Part shown: piece after piece, positions 27,993-37,160 of the stretch
Layout of the letters: the number at the start of each line of letters is the position of its first letter
How positions within the stretch are numbered: position 1 is the first letter of the stretch
Source: Acidimicrobiaceae bacterium
Lineage (GTDB): Bacteria > Actinomycetota > Acidimicrobiia > Acidimicrobiales > Bog-793
Direction: 5' to 3'
Length of the DNA: 47,546 nucleotides
Assembly: GCA_003136185.1 (NCBI GenBank)
Contig: PLDN01000135.1
Location: forward strand, 30,653 to 78,198
Translations under genes and position numbers: made by a program
The notes under the pieces: generated by a model
Database searches by the model: none
The model's input: only the letters and a program-made list of their open reading frames with translations
What the model was told of the DNA's origin: nothing

Positions 27993-30337
27993 GCTGTGCT
28001 CCTTCGTGCGGGACTGGGTACTCCACCAGTCGAGGGGGGGTCGAGGACCCGAAGACAAGGCGGCGGGGCGAGGGGTATAGCCCCGCCGCCTTCCGGCCGC
28101 CAGGGGATGCCGATGAGATTTCGGCTCCCCCACTCGGGATGGTCGACTCTTGTGAAAAAGCCTCGATCCACGAGGTGCTCGTCATCTGCGAGCCTGGCGG
28201 GAGGAATTGGAGCTTCTGCGTTCAGCCCTACGGAGCGGAGGGTCGCCACGAGGTCGGCAGCACCGAGGTCTCCGACGGCGCGATCGAGGGTGGCGTCGAG
28301 GTCGGTCCGGGCCAAAAAGCGGTCCTCAGCCGACGAGAAACGGGGGTCATCGAGCGACTCGGGTCCGCCGAGAGCTGCTCGCAGCCTCCGGAATGCCGAG
28401 TCATCGCCAATCGACAGCGCTACCCAGCCGTCCCGCGCGCGGTATATGCCGTTTGGTGCCGAGGGAGAGACCTCGTTCGCTCGGTCTACTTTCGCGTCGC
28501 TCTCAGCGTCGAGGGAGGCGGCCGCCAAGAACTCGTTGAAACGGGCCGCCACTGCTTCGGCCATCGCGAAGTCGATCCCAGCGGGCGCGTTCCCCTCAGG
28601 CCCGACGGCCCACGCAGCCACGATCGTCGCGATCGTGTATCCGCTGACGAGGTCTGCCCACGCGAGATCCATCTCAGCTGTCTCTCCCGCCTCGTTCCGG
28701 GTCAGGTGGAACAGGCCGAACGAGGTCTGGAGGTTGTAGGCATATGCCTTGTACTCCGCCTGCGGACCGTCGTGCCCGAACCCCGAGGAGCTGAGGCCGA
28801 GCAGATCCCGCCCTGAGCGCGCGAGCGCCGATGCCGAGATGCCGAGCCGTTCAGACCGGCGCCTCCCGAGGTTCTCTATGACGACGTCGCACTGATCGAC
28901 GAGGTCCCAGAGCGGCGCCGCATCCGCGTCCACATCGACCGTAATGCTGCGCTTCGAATGGTTGGCCATGGCGAAGTAGGCGGCCCGGTTCGTCCCCTCC
29001 TCGCCATCAATGAACGGGGCCCGCCTCCGGTACATGTCGATTCTGTTGACATCTTCGACCTTGGTCACGTCTGCGCCGATCGCCCCGAGTAGCGCCCCGG
29101 CGAGCGGGACGGCGAGGACGTGCCCCGCCTCGGCTACGCGAAGCCCCTTGAGGCCGTGGCGAGTGCGCCGGTTGGCTCCGTTACGAGGTTCGGATCTGAT
29201 CGTACGGAAGGGCCGGCCGACCGACTCGACGGCCAAGCCCGGAGAGAGCTCAGAGCGCTCGATCGCACGACGGTAGGCGAGCTGGGGGGAGCGTAGGATC
29301 TCCGCCGGCGAGTACAACGCAGTTGCGGGCACGCCTTCTCCTTGGAGGCGAGCCTCAGCCTCGGCCTTTGTCAGAGGGAGGGTCCACTCCGCCATCCGTG
29401 CATCGATCACGGAGGGATCCTCGATGCGGGCCGCAGTCGTCGAGAACTGCTCAGCCCACGCAGGAGATCCCATCGCAGCCACGACCCCGCGCCATTGGTG
29501 GTCCTCCATCGCCGAGACACGGATGACGCCGTCGGTGCAGGGATAGAAGCCGGACGGCGCGCCGTATCGTTTCGCCCCCATCTGTCCCCCCGCGTTCAGT
29601 AGCTGCTGGGCCAGTGCCAGCATCGGACCGGTTGCGATGGTCGCTTCTTGAGCGGAGAGGTCGAGGTGGACGCGGCCGCCGCCCGAGGCGAGGTCGAGCG
29701 CGTGACAGGAGGCGAGCGCAGCTGCCTGGCCGCTGCTCAACAGGCACTGGTAGCCCGCCAGCTTGAGCGGATGACCGGTTCGTGCGTCGCGCACCGAGTC
29801 GAGGATGCCCGAGACCGCTGCGATCGTGAGCTCGGTCGCAGCGTCATCGCGGCGTGGTCCTGACAGCCCGAAAGCTGAGATCGTGACCCAGGCACCCGGG
29901 TTGACTCGTCTCACGAACGCGCAGTAGTCGTCAGCTCCCCGGAGCGTCTCGAGGCCGCGGGGCATGCCGCGCACGCGGTCTGCGATGACGAGGTCGAACG
30001 AGGCAGCGCCACTGGGAGATCGGCGTTGCAGCAGGGCCTCGAGCGCGCCGGGTCCGGACTCGTCGTCGACTGCCAGCACCTCCTTGCCCCGCTGCAGCAG
30101 AAGGCTGAGCAGGCTCGCGCCCGCCTGGTCGCCGATGCCGGGGCGGCCGTGACGGTAAGGGGCCCCCGCGTCCACGACGGTCGCGACGCGGGCGCCGAAG
30201 GACCCGAGGATCGCTCCGGCGGCGGCGCCAGCGACGCCGTCGCCGAGCTCGAGGACCCTCAGGCCGTCGAGGAAGCCGGGAGGATCCGGTGCAGTGCTCA
30301 CGCCGCCGGAGATGTCCGGCGCATCTCTACTTTGCAC
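27989..30337 (-). CDS. Double-domain class III CoA-transferase, copy B
   Basis: Colinear with copy A (VLELGDGVAGAAAGA, AMEDHQWR, GHVLAVPL, DMYRR, NHSK, AWADL.SG, RFNEFLAAA); start GTG 30337 after GGAGG. Confidence 0.88.
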   Translation of the reverse strand: MQSRDAPDISGGVSTAPDPPGFLDGLRVLELGDGVAGAAAGAILGSFGARVATVVDAGAPYRHGRPGIGDQAGASLLSLLLQRGKEVLAVDDESGPGALEALLQRRSPSGAASFDLVIADRVRGMPRGLETLRGADDYCAFVRRVNPGAWVTISAFGLSGPRRDDAATELTIAAVSGILDSVRDARTGHPLKLAGYQCLLSSGQAAALASCHALDLASGGGRVHLDLSAQEATIATGPMLALAQQLLNAGGQMGAKRYGAPSGFYPCTDGVIRVSAMEDHQWRGVVAAMGSPAWAEQFSTTAARIEDPSVIDARMAEWTLPLTKAEAEARLQGEGVPATALYSPAEILRSPQLAYRRAIERSELSPGLAVESVGRPFRTIRSEPRNGANRRTRHGLKGLRVAEAGHVLAVPLAGALLGAIGADVTKVEDVNRIDMYRRRAPFIDGEEGTNRAAYFAMANHSKRSITVDVDADAAPLWDLVDQCDVVIENLGRRRSERLGISASALARSGRDLLGLSSSGFGHDGPQAEYKAYAYNLQTSFGLFHLTRNEAGETAEMDLAWADLVSGYTIATIVAAWAVGPEGNAPAGIDFAMAEAVAARFNEFLAAASLDAESDAKVDRANEVSPSAPNGIYRARDGWVALSIGDDSAFRRLRAALGGPESLDDPRFSSAEDRFLARTDLDATLDRAVGDLGAADLVATLRSVGLNAEAPIPPARLADDEHLVDRGFFTRVDHPEWGSRNLIGIPWRPEGGGAIPLAPPPCLRVLDPPSTGGVPSPARRSTA

Positions 30338-31124
30338 CTTCAGCCCTCCGCCGCGCTGCCCCGAGCCGCTGGCGCAGCGAGTCGAGATGGGACGCGAACT
30401 CCGGTCTCGCGAGCAGGTCGGCCTGCAACGAGAGACCCGTCGAGAGCGCCTCGTCGATCGAGCCACGCTCGGCGATGCGAACGAGCTTCTTCATCGCAGC
30501 GACCGCCTCGCGGTCGGCCGACGCAACGGCACGAGCCAGCTCCTCGACCTTCCCGTCGAGCTCGTCGGCCGGCACCGTCCAGTTGACGAGGCCCTCTTGT
30601 GCGGCTTCGGCCGCCGTTATCCGCCGCCCGGTGATGAGCAGCTCGAGGGCGCGATGGCGACCGAGGCTTCCCGAGAGGCTCAGGGCGCCGGCCAGAGCCG
30701 AGGTTGCCCCGATGCGTATCCATGACTCCTCGAACCATGCGTGCTCGCTCGCGACGACGAGGTCGCAGGCGAGCGCGACGTCACAACCCGCCCCGGCCGC
30801 ACCTCCTTGCACGCGGGCGATCACCGGCACGGGGCATTCGGTGATCGCCCGGATGAGTGCCTGGAAATTCCCGTAGACCGCGCTCGCAATCTGGTCGCGG
30901 GAAGCCCCGACCAGACCTTCGAGGAACGTCAGGTCGCCACCTGAGCAGAACACAAGACCCTCACTGCGGAGCACGACGCAGCCGGCGACTGTGCCGGCCT
31001 GTTCGATCGCATCGGCGAGGGCTCTTGCCACCTCGGGGGTGAGCGAGTTGCCACTTCCAGCGCGTTCGAGCACGACCTCGGCGACGTCGCCGTCAGCGTT
31101 CTGGCGGATGCTTACGTCGTTCAT
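30327..31124 (-). CDS. Enoyl-CoA hydratase/isomerase family (PaaG-like, non-canonical)
   Basis: Start MNDVSIRQ after GAGGAG; FCSGGDL, PVIARVQGGAAGAGCDVALACD, ITAAEA...GLVN. Confidence 0.88.
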   Translation of the reverse strand: MNDVSIRQNADGDVAEVVLERAGSGNSLTPEVARALADAIEQAGTVAGCVVLRSEGLVFCSGGDLTFLEGLVGASRDQIASAVYGNFQALIRAITECPVPVIARVQGGAAGAGCDVALACDLVVASEHAWFEESWIRIGATSALAGALSLSGSLGRHRALELLITGRRITAAEAAQEGLVNWTVPADELDGKVEELARAVASADREAVAAMKKLVRIAERGSIDEALSTGLSLQADLLARPEFASHLDSLRQRLGAARRRAEGAK

Positions 31125-31132
31125 CTGACTCC

Positions 31133-32269
31133 TCAACCGCCACGCGGCATGCCGAGTACGCGCTGGGCGACGATCGTCCGTTGGATCTGCTCTGTGCCGC
31201 CGTAGATGCTTGCCGCACGGGAGTGGAGGTACTCGAACAAGGCGTCGTCGTTCTCGCCGAGCACGAGCTCGGACGCCGAGGTCTCGAAGACGAGCGCCCC
31301 AAGGCATTGGGACGCCCGCGTCATGAGCAGCTTGTCCACCGACGTCTCGGGCCCGGGGGGCAAGCCTTGTGCGCGCAGCGAGAGGCTCTTGAGGACGTGG
31401 CGCCGGCAGGCTGCCACGGCGGTGTAGGCCTCTGCCACCCGAGGGGCTAGCTCTGCCCTTTCCTGCTCGGGCAGCTTTGCGAGGATTGCTTCGAGACGGG
31501 AGAGCATGACCTCGAACTTGGAGATCATGCCGATGTCGGCCGGGCCCCGCTCGTGCGCGAGCACGGTCGTCGCCAGGATCCATCCGTCCCCGTCTTCTCC
31601 GATCCTTTGGCTGACAGGGACCTCGAGGTCGTCGAAGAAGACCTCGTTGAACTCCGCCGTGCCCCACACCTGGCGAAGCGGCCTGACCGTGATGCCCGGG
31701 CTGTCCATCTTGAAGACGAGACAGGAGATCCCCTTGTGCTTGGGGAGGTCGGGCCGCGTGCGGCACAGCAAGAGGCACCAGTCCGAATATTGTGCTCGGC
31801 TCGTCCAGACCTTCTGGCCGTTCACGATGTAGCGGTCGCCGTCGAGCACCGCCCGCGTGCTGAGCGAGGCGAGGTCCGATCCGGCTCCTGGTTCGGAGAA
31901 GCCCTGGCACCACTGAAGCTCGCCTCGCAGCATCGGTGGCAGGTACTCGCCGCATTGCTCGGGCGTGCCGAAACGCAAGATCGGTCGGCCGAGGAACCCC
32001 ACCGACGGCACGGGTGGCGCACCGGAGGCCCCCACCTCGTCGTTGACGATCGCGTCGTACAGGGGACTGAGCCCACGGCCTCCGTACTCGACGGGCCAGC
32101 TGAGCCCGAGCCAGCCACCCGAGTACATCTTGCGATGCCAGGCCCTCGCGAAGACGTTTCCCTCCTTGCCGTGGTTCGATGGGTAGGGCGGCTCCGGCTT
32201 GTTGTCTGCAAGCCATGAGCGCAGACCCGATCGGAAGCTCGCCTCGTCGTTTCCATCCCTGAAGTTCAT
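31133..32269 (-). CDS. Acyl-CoA dehydrogenase, alpha subunit (FadE26/FadE33-like)
   Basis: WPVEYGGRG, WCQGFSEPGAGSDLASL, NGQKVWTS, FNEVFFDD, LAHER, SIYGGTEQIQR. Confidence 0.92.
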   Translation of the reverse strand: MNFRDGNDEASFRSGLRSWLADNKPEPPYPSNHGKEGNVFARAWHRKMYSGGWLGLSWPVEYGGRGLSPLYDAIVNDEVGASGAPPVPSVGFLGRPILRFGTPEQCGEYLPPMLRGELQWCQGFSEPGAGSDLASLSTRAVLDGDRYIVNGQKVWTSRAQYSDWCLLLCRTRPDLPKHKGISCLVFKMDSPGITVRPLRQVWGTAEFNEVFFDDLEVPVSQRIGEDGDGWILATTVLAHERGPADIGMISKFEVMLSRLEAILAKLPEQERAELAPRVAEAYTAVAACRRHVLKSLSLRAQGLPPGPETSVDKLLMTRASQCLGALVFETSASELVLGENDDALFEYLHSRAASIYGGTEQIQRTIVAQRVLGMPRGG

Positions 32270-33300
32270 GACGCCCTCCGTCCGCGCAGCTCTGCGAGAA
32301 GGGAGATGTTGTAGGCATGGTCTCCAAAGGCCAGCCCGTCCACGAGGGCTCTCTTCAGGTAGACGTGCGCCATGCAGTCCCACGTGATGCCCATCCCGCC
32401 GTGAATCTGAATCGCGGCCTCGCACAGGGTCCGCCCCGCCTTGGTGCAGTAGGCCTTGGCGCAGTAGGCGGCCTCGAGAGCGTCGTCGGTCTCGAGCTCG
32501 TCGGCTGCCCAGGCCGCATACTCGGCGAGGGATCGAGCACCCTCGAGCGAGACGAGTTGGTCAGCCGCAAGATGCTGGACCGCCTGGAACGTCCCGATGG
32601 CGACGCCGAACTGAACCCTGCCGGCGGCGTACGCGACTGCGGTGTCGAGAGCCGCCGACATGACGCCGACGAGGTCCGCAGCCACGAGCGAGAGAGCGCG
32701 GGCGTAAAAGCGGGCCGTGGCCTCGGCTGACAGCTCGCCGCCGAGGTGCCCGACGTCGACGGTCTGATTGGGCGAGCCCCTGAGCGACTCGCGCGTGATG
32801 TCGAGCCCGACGGCCCGCCGCCCGGGGGCCACTGCGGTCAGCCTCCTGCCCGCTCCGATCACCAGCACGCCATCGGCATCGGCTCCGTCGAACGAGACGA
32901 TGTCGCCAGGTTGGCCGAGCACGGCAAGTGACGAGAGGTCGGAGGTGAGCCCAACAGCCAGCCGGAGGTCGCCTGTCGCGAGCCGCTCCAGGACTTCAGC
33001 CGAAGCGCCAGCCGCGATCAGGAGCTCGCCAGCGAGCGCGGCTGTGCCGAGATACGGCACCGGCAGCAGGGAGCGGCCAAGCGCCTCGACAACGATCGAG
33101 GCATCGACAGTGCTCCCACCACCACCGCCGTAGTCCTCTGGCACCCGGAGGCCTAGAAAGCCGGCCGAGTAGAGCGCCTTCCAAGCCGCCTCGCGGTCAA
33201 AGGACTCAAAGTCGGCGACGGAGCTGCACGCGAGGGACTCGGCGAGACGTCGGGCAGTGTCTCGGAGCATCACCTCGGACTCGTCGAAAGTCACGTCCAT
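32266..33300 (-). CDS. Acyl-CoA dehydrogenase, beta subunit (FadE27/FadE32-like)
   Basis: RVQFGVAIGTFQAVQHLAAD, IQIHGGMGITWD...HVYLKRA; ATGA-coupled to the alpha subunit gene. Confidence 0.9.
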   Translation of the reverse strand: MDVTFDESEVMLRDTARRLAESLACSSVADFESFDREAAWKALYSAGFLGLRVPEDYGGGGGSTVDASIVVEALGRSLLPVPYLGTAALAGELLIAAGASAEVLERLATGDLRLAVGLTSDLSSLAVLGQPGDIVSFDGADADGVLVIGAGRRLTAVAPGRRAVGLDITRESLRGSPNQTVDVGHLGGELSAEATARFYARALSLVAADLVGVMSAALDTAVAYAAGRVQFGVAIGTFQAVQHLAADQLVSLEGARSLAEYAAWAADELETDDALEAAYCAKAYCTKAGRTLCEAAIQIHGGMGITWDCMAHVYLKRALVDGLAFGDHAYNISLLAELRGRRAS

Positions 33301-33355
33301 TCTCGCCTCCTCGGCGTGCGGAGCGCCCAGCTTCGCTGGTGCTTATGCTCCGATA

Positions 33356-33371
33356 ACTTATACGTACAAGC
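33356..33371. promoter_or_regulatory. HutC-type palindromic operator variant
   Basis: ACTTATACGTACAAGC in the divergent ACAD/AMACR intergenic region. Confidence 0.55.
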
Positions 33372-33429
33372 GCGCTGGGGCCAACTCTCGATTCGAGAAC
33401 GCCCAGAGGACGACGGGATGTGTGAGCCG

Positions 33430-33564
33430 ATGAGCAACACCGACAAGGCTGCTGGCCGACGAAGCGCCGGGGAACCCGTTGCGTACGAGCGATCGATTGC
33501 GGACGGGCCGCCTTTCGCACTGACTCGAGTGCAGTCGCGGGCGACTAGGCGAGGCTCGCTGTGA
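33430..33564 (+). pseudogene. Possible collapsed crotonase remnant (44 aa)
   Basis: GEPVAYER resembles a crotonase N-terminus and IADGPPFAL a crotonase C-terminal helix; its stop overlaps the AMACR start (GTGA). Confidence 0.35.
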
Positions 33565-34709
33565 GCGGCCCGCTCGCGGGCATCCGCGTCCTCGAGTTTG
33601 CCGGGATCGGACCCGGGCCATTTGCCGGGATGCTGCTCGCCGATCTCGGCGCGGACGTCGTCCGCCTCGAGCGGCCACAGCCGCCGTCGCCGGCGCACCG
33701 CAAGGCTCGATTCGACGTGATGCAGCGAGGCAAGCGCTCGTTCGTGCTCGACCTCAGGCAACCGGCGGGAGTAGAGCTGGCACTCGAACTGGTGGTGACG
33801 GCGGACGCAGTGATCGAGGGGTTCAGGCCGGGAGTGATGGAGCGTCTCGGCGTCGGGCCAGCGGAGTGCCTTGCCCGCAACCCACGTCTCGTCTTCGGGC
33901 GGATGACTGGTTGGGGCCAGAGTGGACCGCTCGCTGACCGAGCAGGTCACGACATCAACTATGTGGCGCTGTCCGGGGCCCTGTACGCGATCGGGCGGTC
34001 AGGCGAGAACCCAGTGCCGCCGCTCAATCTTGTCGGCGATTTCGGAGGAGGCGGCCTCCTTCTCGCGTTCGGCATCCTCGCCGCCCTGTGGGAGAGCCGT
34101 GGCTCTGGCGCTGGCCAGGTGGTGGACGCGGCCATGGTGGATGGTGCCGCACTGCTCACGACGCTCTTTCACGGGATGGCCGCCGATGGCCGCTGGAGCG
34201 ATGAGAGAGGCACCAACATGCTCGACTCCGGCGCTCCGTTCTACGAGGTGTACGCGTGCGCGGACGGCGCATTTGTCGCGGTCGGAGCGATCGAGCCCCA
34301 GTTCTACGCAGAGCTCCTAGGCGTGATGGGCCTCGACGAGGCTGCGCTCCCGCCAAATTCGGACCAGTCGGCGTGGCCCGAGCTGAAGGAGCGCTTCGCT
34401 TCGGTCTTCTCCACGAAGACGCGAGACGAGTGGATCGCGCTCGCGGCGGGAACAGATGCCTGTATCACTCCCGTGCTCTCGTTCGGCGAGGCGCCGCGGC
34501 ACCCGCACAATCTCGCGAGGGATGCTTTCGTGGAAGTCGGTGGCGTGGTTCAGCCCGCTCCGGCGCCGCGCTTCAGCCGTACCAACGGGGCCACGCCGGC
34601 GCCGCCGCTCGGCCCGGGAGGCGGTGGTCGGGCGGCGTTACTCGACTGGGGTCTGACGGCAGACCGCCTGGACGAATTGGCACGCGCCGGGGTGGCGATG
34701 TTCGAGTGA
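33561..34709 (+). CDS. CaiB/BaiF family, alpha-methylacyl-CoA racemase (Mcr/AMACR-like)
   Basis: [46 protein letters not shown] (catalytic His), [13 protein letters not shown] (catalytic Asp), [11 protein letters not shown]. Confidence 0.9.
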   Translation: MSGPLAGIRVLEFAGIGPGPFAGMLLADLGADVVRLERPQPPSPAHRKARFDVMQRGKRSFVLDLRQPAGVELALELVVTADAVIEGFRPGVMERLGVGPAECLARNPRLVFGRMTGWGQSGPLADRAGHDINYVALSGALYAIGRSGENPVPPLNLVGDFGGGGLLLAFGILAALWESRGSGAGQVVDAAMVDGAALLTTLFHGMAADGRWSDERGTNMLDSGAPFYEVYACADGAFVAVGAIEPQFYAELLGVMGLDEAALPPNSDQSAWPELKERFASVFSTKTRDEWIALAAGTDACITPVLSFGEAPRHPHNLARDAFVEVGGVVQPAPAPRFSRTNGATPAPPLGPGGGGRAALLDWGLTADRLDELARAGVAMFE

Positions 34710-35431
34710 GCCAAGAGCCACCGTGCCTGTTGCTGGTACACGGCTTTGCCTCTTCAGCGCGAAAGTCATGGCACCGCTATGGATGGGTCGAGACGTTCGT
34801 GCAGCTGGGATTCGACGTGGTCGCGCCGGACCTTCCCGGCCACGGCGATGCTCCGAAATATGAGGATCCCGATGCCTACTCCACCCTGGAGACCGACCTC
34901 TACGACCTCGTCGCACACCGCGACGAGGTCCTGGCAGCCGGTTTCAGCGCAGGCGGGCTCATGATCCTCCGAATTGAAGCGGACCATCCGGGAACTTTCT
35001 CCCGGATGGCCGTCGGGGGAGTGGGCGCGAACGTGCTCGCCCACCCGCCTGCCGGAGCGCTCGCGAGGGCGCTCGAGAGTGGCGATCCCGAGGACGCGGC
35101 CGGCAACCCGCTTGCCGAGGTCCTAGTGAGGGTGGGGGAGCGGTCGGGTCATCACCAGAAGGCACTCGTGGCATTCCTGCGCCGGCCCAATCGGCGCCGC
35201 CTGTCTACCGAAGAGCTCTCTCGCATCGGATGCCCAATCCTTGCGGTGGTAGGCCGGGACGACGCCGCGGTCCAACCTGTCGAGCGATTCACCAACTTGC
35301 TAAAGGACCCGACGATCCTCGAGATCCCGGGCGCCGACCACTTCGGCACTATGCGCAGCCCGCTGTGGCTCGGGGCGGCGCGCGAGTTCCTCTGCAGGGA
35401 ACAAGGCCGTGAGGTAGCTCGCGACGGCTGA
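34706..35431 (+). CDS. Alpha/beta-fold hydrolase
   Basis: [21 protein letters not shown] nucleophile elbow, GRDD, ADHF; GTGA-coupled. Confidence 0.85.
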   Translation: MSQEPPCLLLVHGFASSARKSWHRYGWVETFVQLGFDVVAPDLPGHGDAPKYEDPDAYSTLETDLYDLVAHRDEVLAAGFSAGGLMILRIEADHPGTFSRMAVGGVGANVLAHPPAGALARALESGDPEDAAGNPLAEVLVRVGERSGHHQKALVAFLRRPNRRRLSTEELSRIGCPILAVVGRDDAAVQPVERFTNLLKDPTILEIPGADHFGTMRSPLWLGAAREFLCREQGREVARDG

Positions 35432-35761
35432 GGATCAGGCGCGGTCGGACGGGCCTGAGCGGGAGAGTTCCGAGAATCTGACAGGCAACGTCAGGTTCCG
35501 TGCCAGCTTGCTCCCGCGATGGCCGGCTTCGTCTAGTTGCGCGGCGTCCCAACCTTGCGAATATGACCGGCTCAGATCAGCGGACACCAAGGCAGTCGAG
35601 TTCTCACGTGGCAGGTGTGTGACCTCGGCGGCCCGCAGCATGCGCGCTCGGCGATCGGATCGCACCCACGAGACCGTCAGGCTGACACTAGACCAGAGCA
35701 CGGATTCCCCCTTGAAAGTGGCCGCCACCGGGTGCAGCGGGTTGGCAACTAGATCTGTTCT

Positions 35762-36994
35762 TCACGATCGACGGATGTCCCGCCATGGGATGCCGCCGTC
35801 GGCGGATGGTTCTCTCGGAAGGCCGAGCACCCGCTCACCGAGGATGTTGTGCTGCATCTCCGACGAGCCGCCCGCAATGGTTTGCGAGCGGACCCGCAAG
35901 AACGCGTACGCGCTCGCATCAGCCCAGCGGTCGTCCGGCCGGTGGGCGATCCCGTTCAGCCCTTCGAGGTCGAGCGAAAGAGTTTGAAGCGCCTGCGCGT
36001 TGTCGCTGTTGAAGAGCTTCAACAGCGAAGCCTCGAAGCCGGTTGCCCTTCCCTGCTTTCGAGCAGCATCGACTCGCTCGCGCGTCCATGCTGCTACACG
36101 CTCGCAGGAGTACGCATGAGCCATCCGCTCGAGCGTTATCGGATCCTCCACTCTCCCGTAGTGACGGCGGAGCGCGTCGACGCTGCGACCCATCTCCATC
36201 CCAGGCGGAGCCGTCCCGCCGCCCCCGCCGGTGCCTCGTTCGAAGGTGAGCAGCTGGCTGGCGATCTGCCATCCCTCGCCAAGCTCGCCGACCCGCATGG
36301 AGTCCGAGCAGACGACGTCGTCGAAGAAGACCTCGTTGAAGCGTGACTCGCCCGTCATCTGTCTGAGCGGTCGCACCGTGATTCCTGGCGTCGACATGTC
36401 GAGCAGCAGGACGCTCAATCCCTGACGCTTCGGCACGTCGGGATCGGTCCGGCACAACAGGAAGCCGAACTGCGCGCGGTGGGCGTGACTCGACCAGATC
36501 TTCTGGCCGTTGATGACCCAGAGGTCACCGTCCCTCACGGCTCGCGTCGAGAGGCCTGCGAGGTCGGAGCCGGCGCCAGGTTCACTGAAGAGCTGTACCC
36601 AGATCTCCTTCTGATTGCTGATCGGCGGGAGGAAGCGGGCCCGTTGCGCCTCGTTCCCCCACCGCAGTAGTGCGTGGGCGACGTTCAGGCCGAGCGGGTT
36701 ATCAGAACGGGGCACCTTGTAGGACCGGAGCACGTTGTTTACGTTCGCGGTCTGCTCGGGAGCGAGACCGAGACCCCCGTAGGCGACCGGCCAGTTGGAG
36801 AAGTACCAGCCTGCTTCTCCGAGGCGCTCCCACCAGTCGTCGACATCGAGGGCTTGGCGCGCCGCTGCGAGCGCTCCGGAGTCGCCCTCGTCGATGGCGG
36901 TGACCCAGGTCTTCGGAAGGTTCTCGCGGAGCCAGCCCGTTACGGCGTCGCGGATCTCGTCGTCGCTTCGTGTCGCGATGTCGGCTGCGGTCAC
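35762..36994 (-). CDS. Acyl-CoA dehydrogenase, alpha-type
   Basis: WPVAYGGLG, WVQLFSEPGAGSDLAGL, NGQKIWSS, FNEVFFDD, LTFER, TIAGGSSEMQHNILGERVLGLPREP. Confidence 0.92.
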   Translation of the reverse strand: MTAADIATRSDDEIRDAVTGWLRENLPKTWVTAIDEGDSGALAAARQALDVDDWWERLGEAGWYFSNWPVAYGGLGLAPEQTANVNNVLRSYKVPRSDNPLGLNVAHALLRWGNEAQRARFLPPISNQKEIWVQLFSEPGAGSDLAGLSTRAVRDGDLWVINGQKIWSSHAHRAQFGFLLCRTDPDVPKRQGLSVLLLDMSTPGITVRPLRQMTGESRFNEVFFDDVVCSDSMRVGELGEGWQIASQLLTFERGTGGGGGTAPPGMEMGRSVDALRRHYGRVEDPITLERMAHAYSCERVAAWTRERVDAARKQGRATGFEASLLKLFNSDNAQALQTLSLDLEGLNGIAHRPDDRWADASAYAFLRVRSQTIAGGSSEMQHNILGERVLGLPREPSADGGIPWRDIRRS

Positions 36995-37044
36995 TTTCGG
37001 TCCGGTTCCTCTTTTCGCTGAGTGGACTCGCCGAAGAAACTCTA

Positions 37045-37060
37045 GACCGACCGGTCGGTC
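37045..37060. promoter_or_regulatory. TetR-type operator palindrome
   Basis: Perfect 16-bp palindrome GACCGACCGGTCGGTC next to a minus-strand TAGAGT -10 upstream of the ACAD gene. Confidence 0.65.
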
Positions 37061-37160
37061 GGTCGCTCGGCCGGTGTCATTATGTCGGGCGCGTACACCG
37101 CTGTCAACGGAGGGTGAGGCCGCATCACCCTCCGCAGGTTTCAGCGCCGGGGCTCAGTCC

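Noticed and set aside
26760-28739. 659-aa plus-strand ORF and other long antisense ORFs (6185, 9010, 44862)
   Set aside because: High-GC shadow frames opposite well-supported genes.
30327-32327. 666-aa ORF suggesting a fusion or overlapping gene
   Set aside because: Only the last 265 aa are a crotonase with its own RBS; the rest is an off-frame read of the ACAD.
3289-36994. Calling the locus the canonical cholesterol (KstR/KstR2) cluster
   Set aside because: No kstD, ksh, hsa, ipdAB, ltp or mce genes and no KstR/KstR2 operators were seen.
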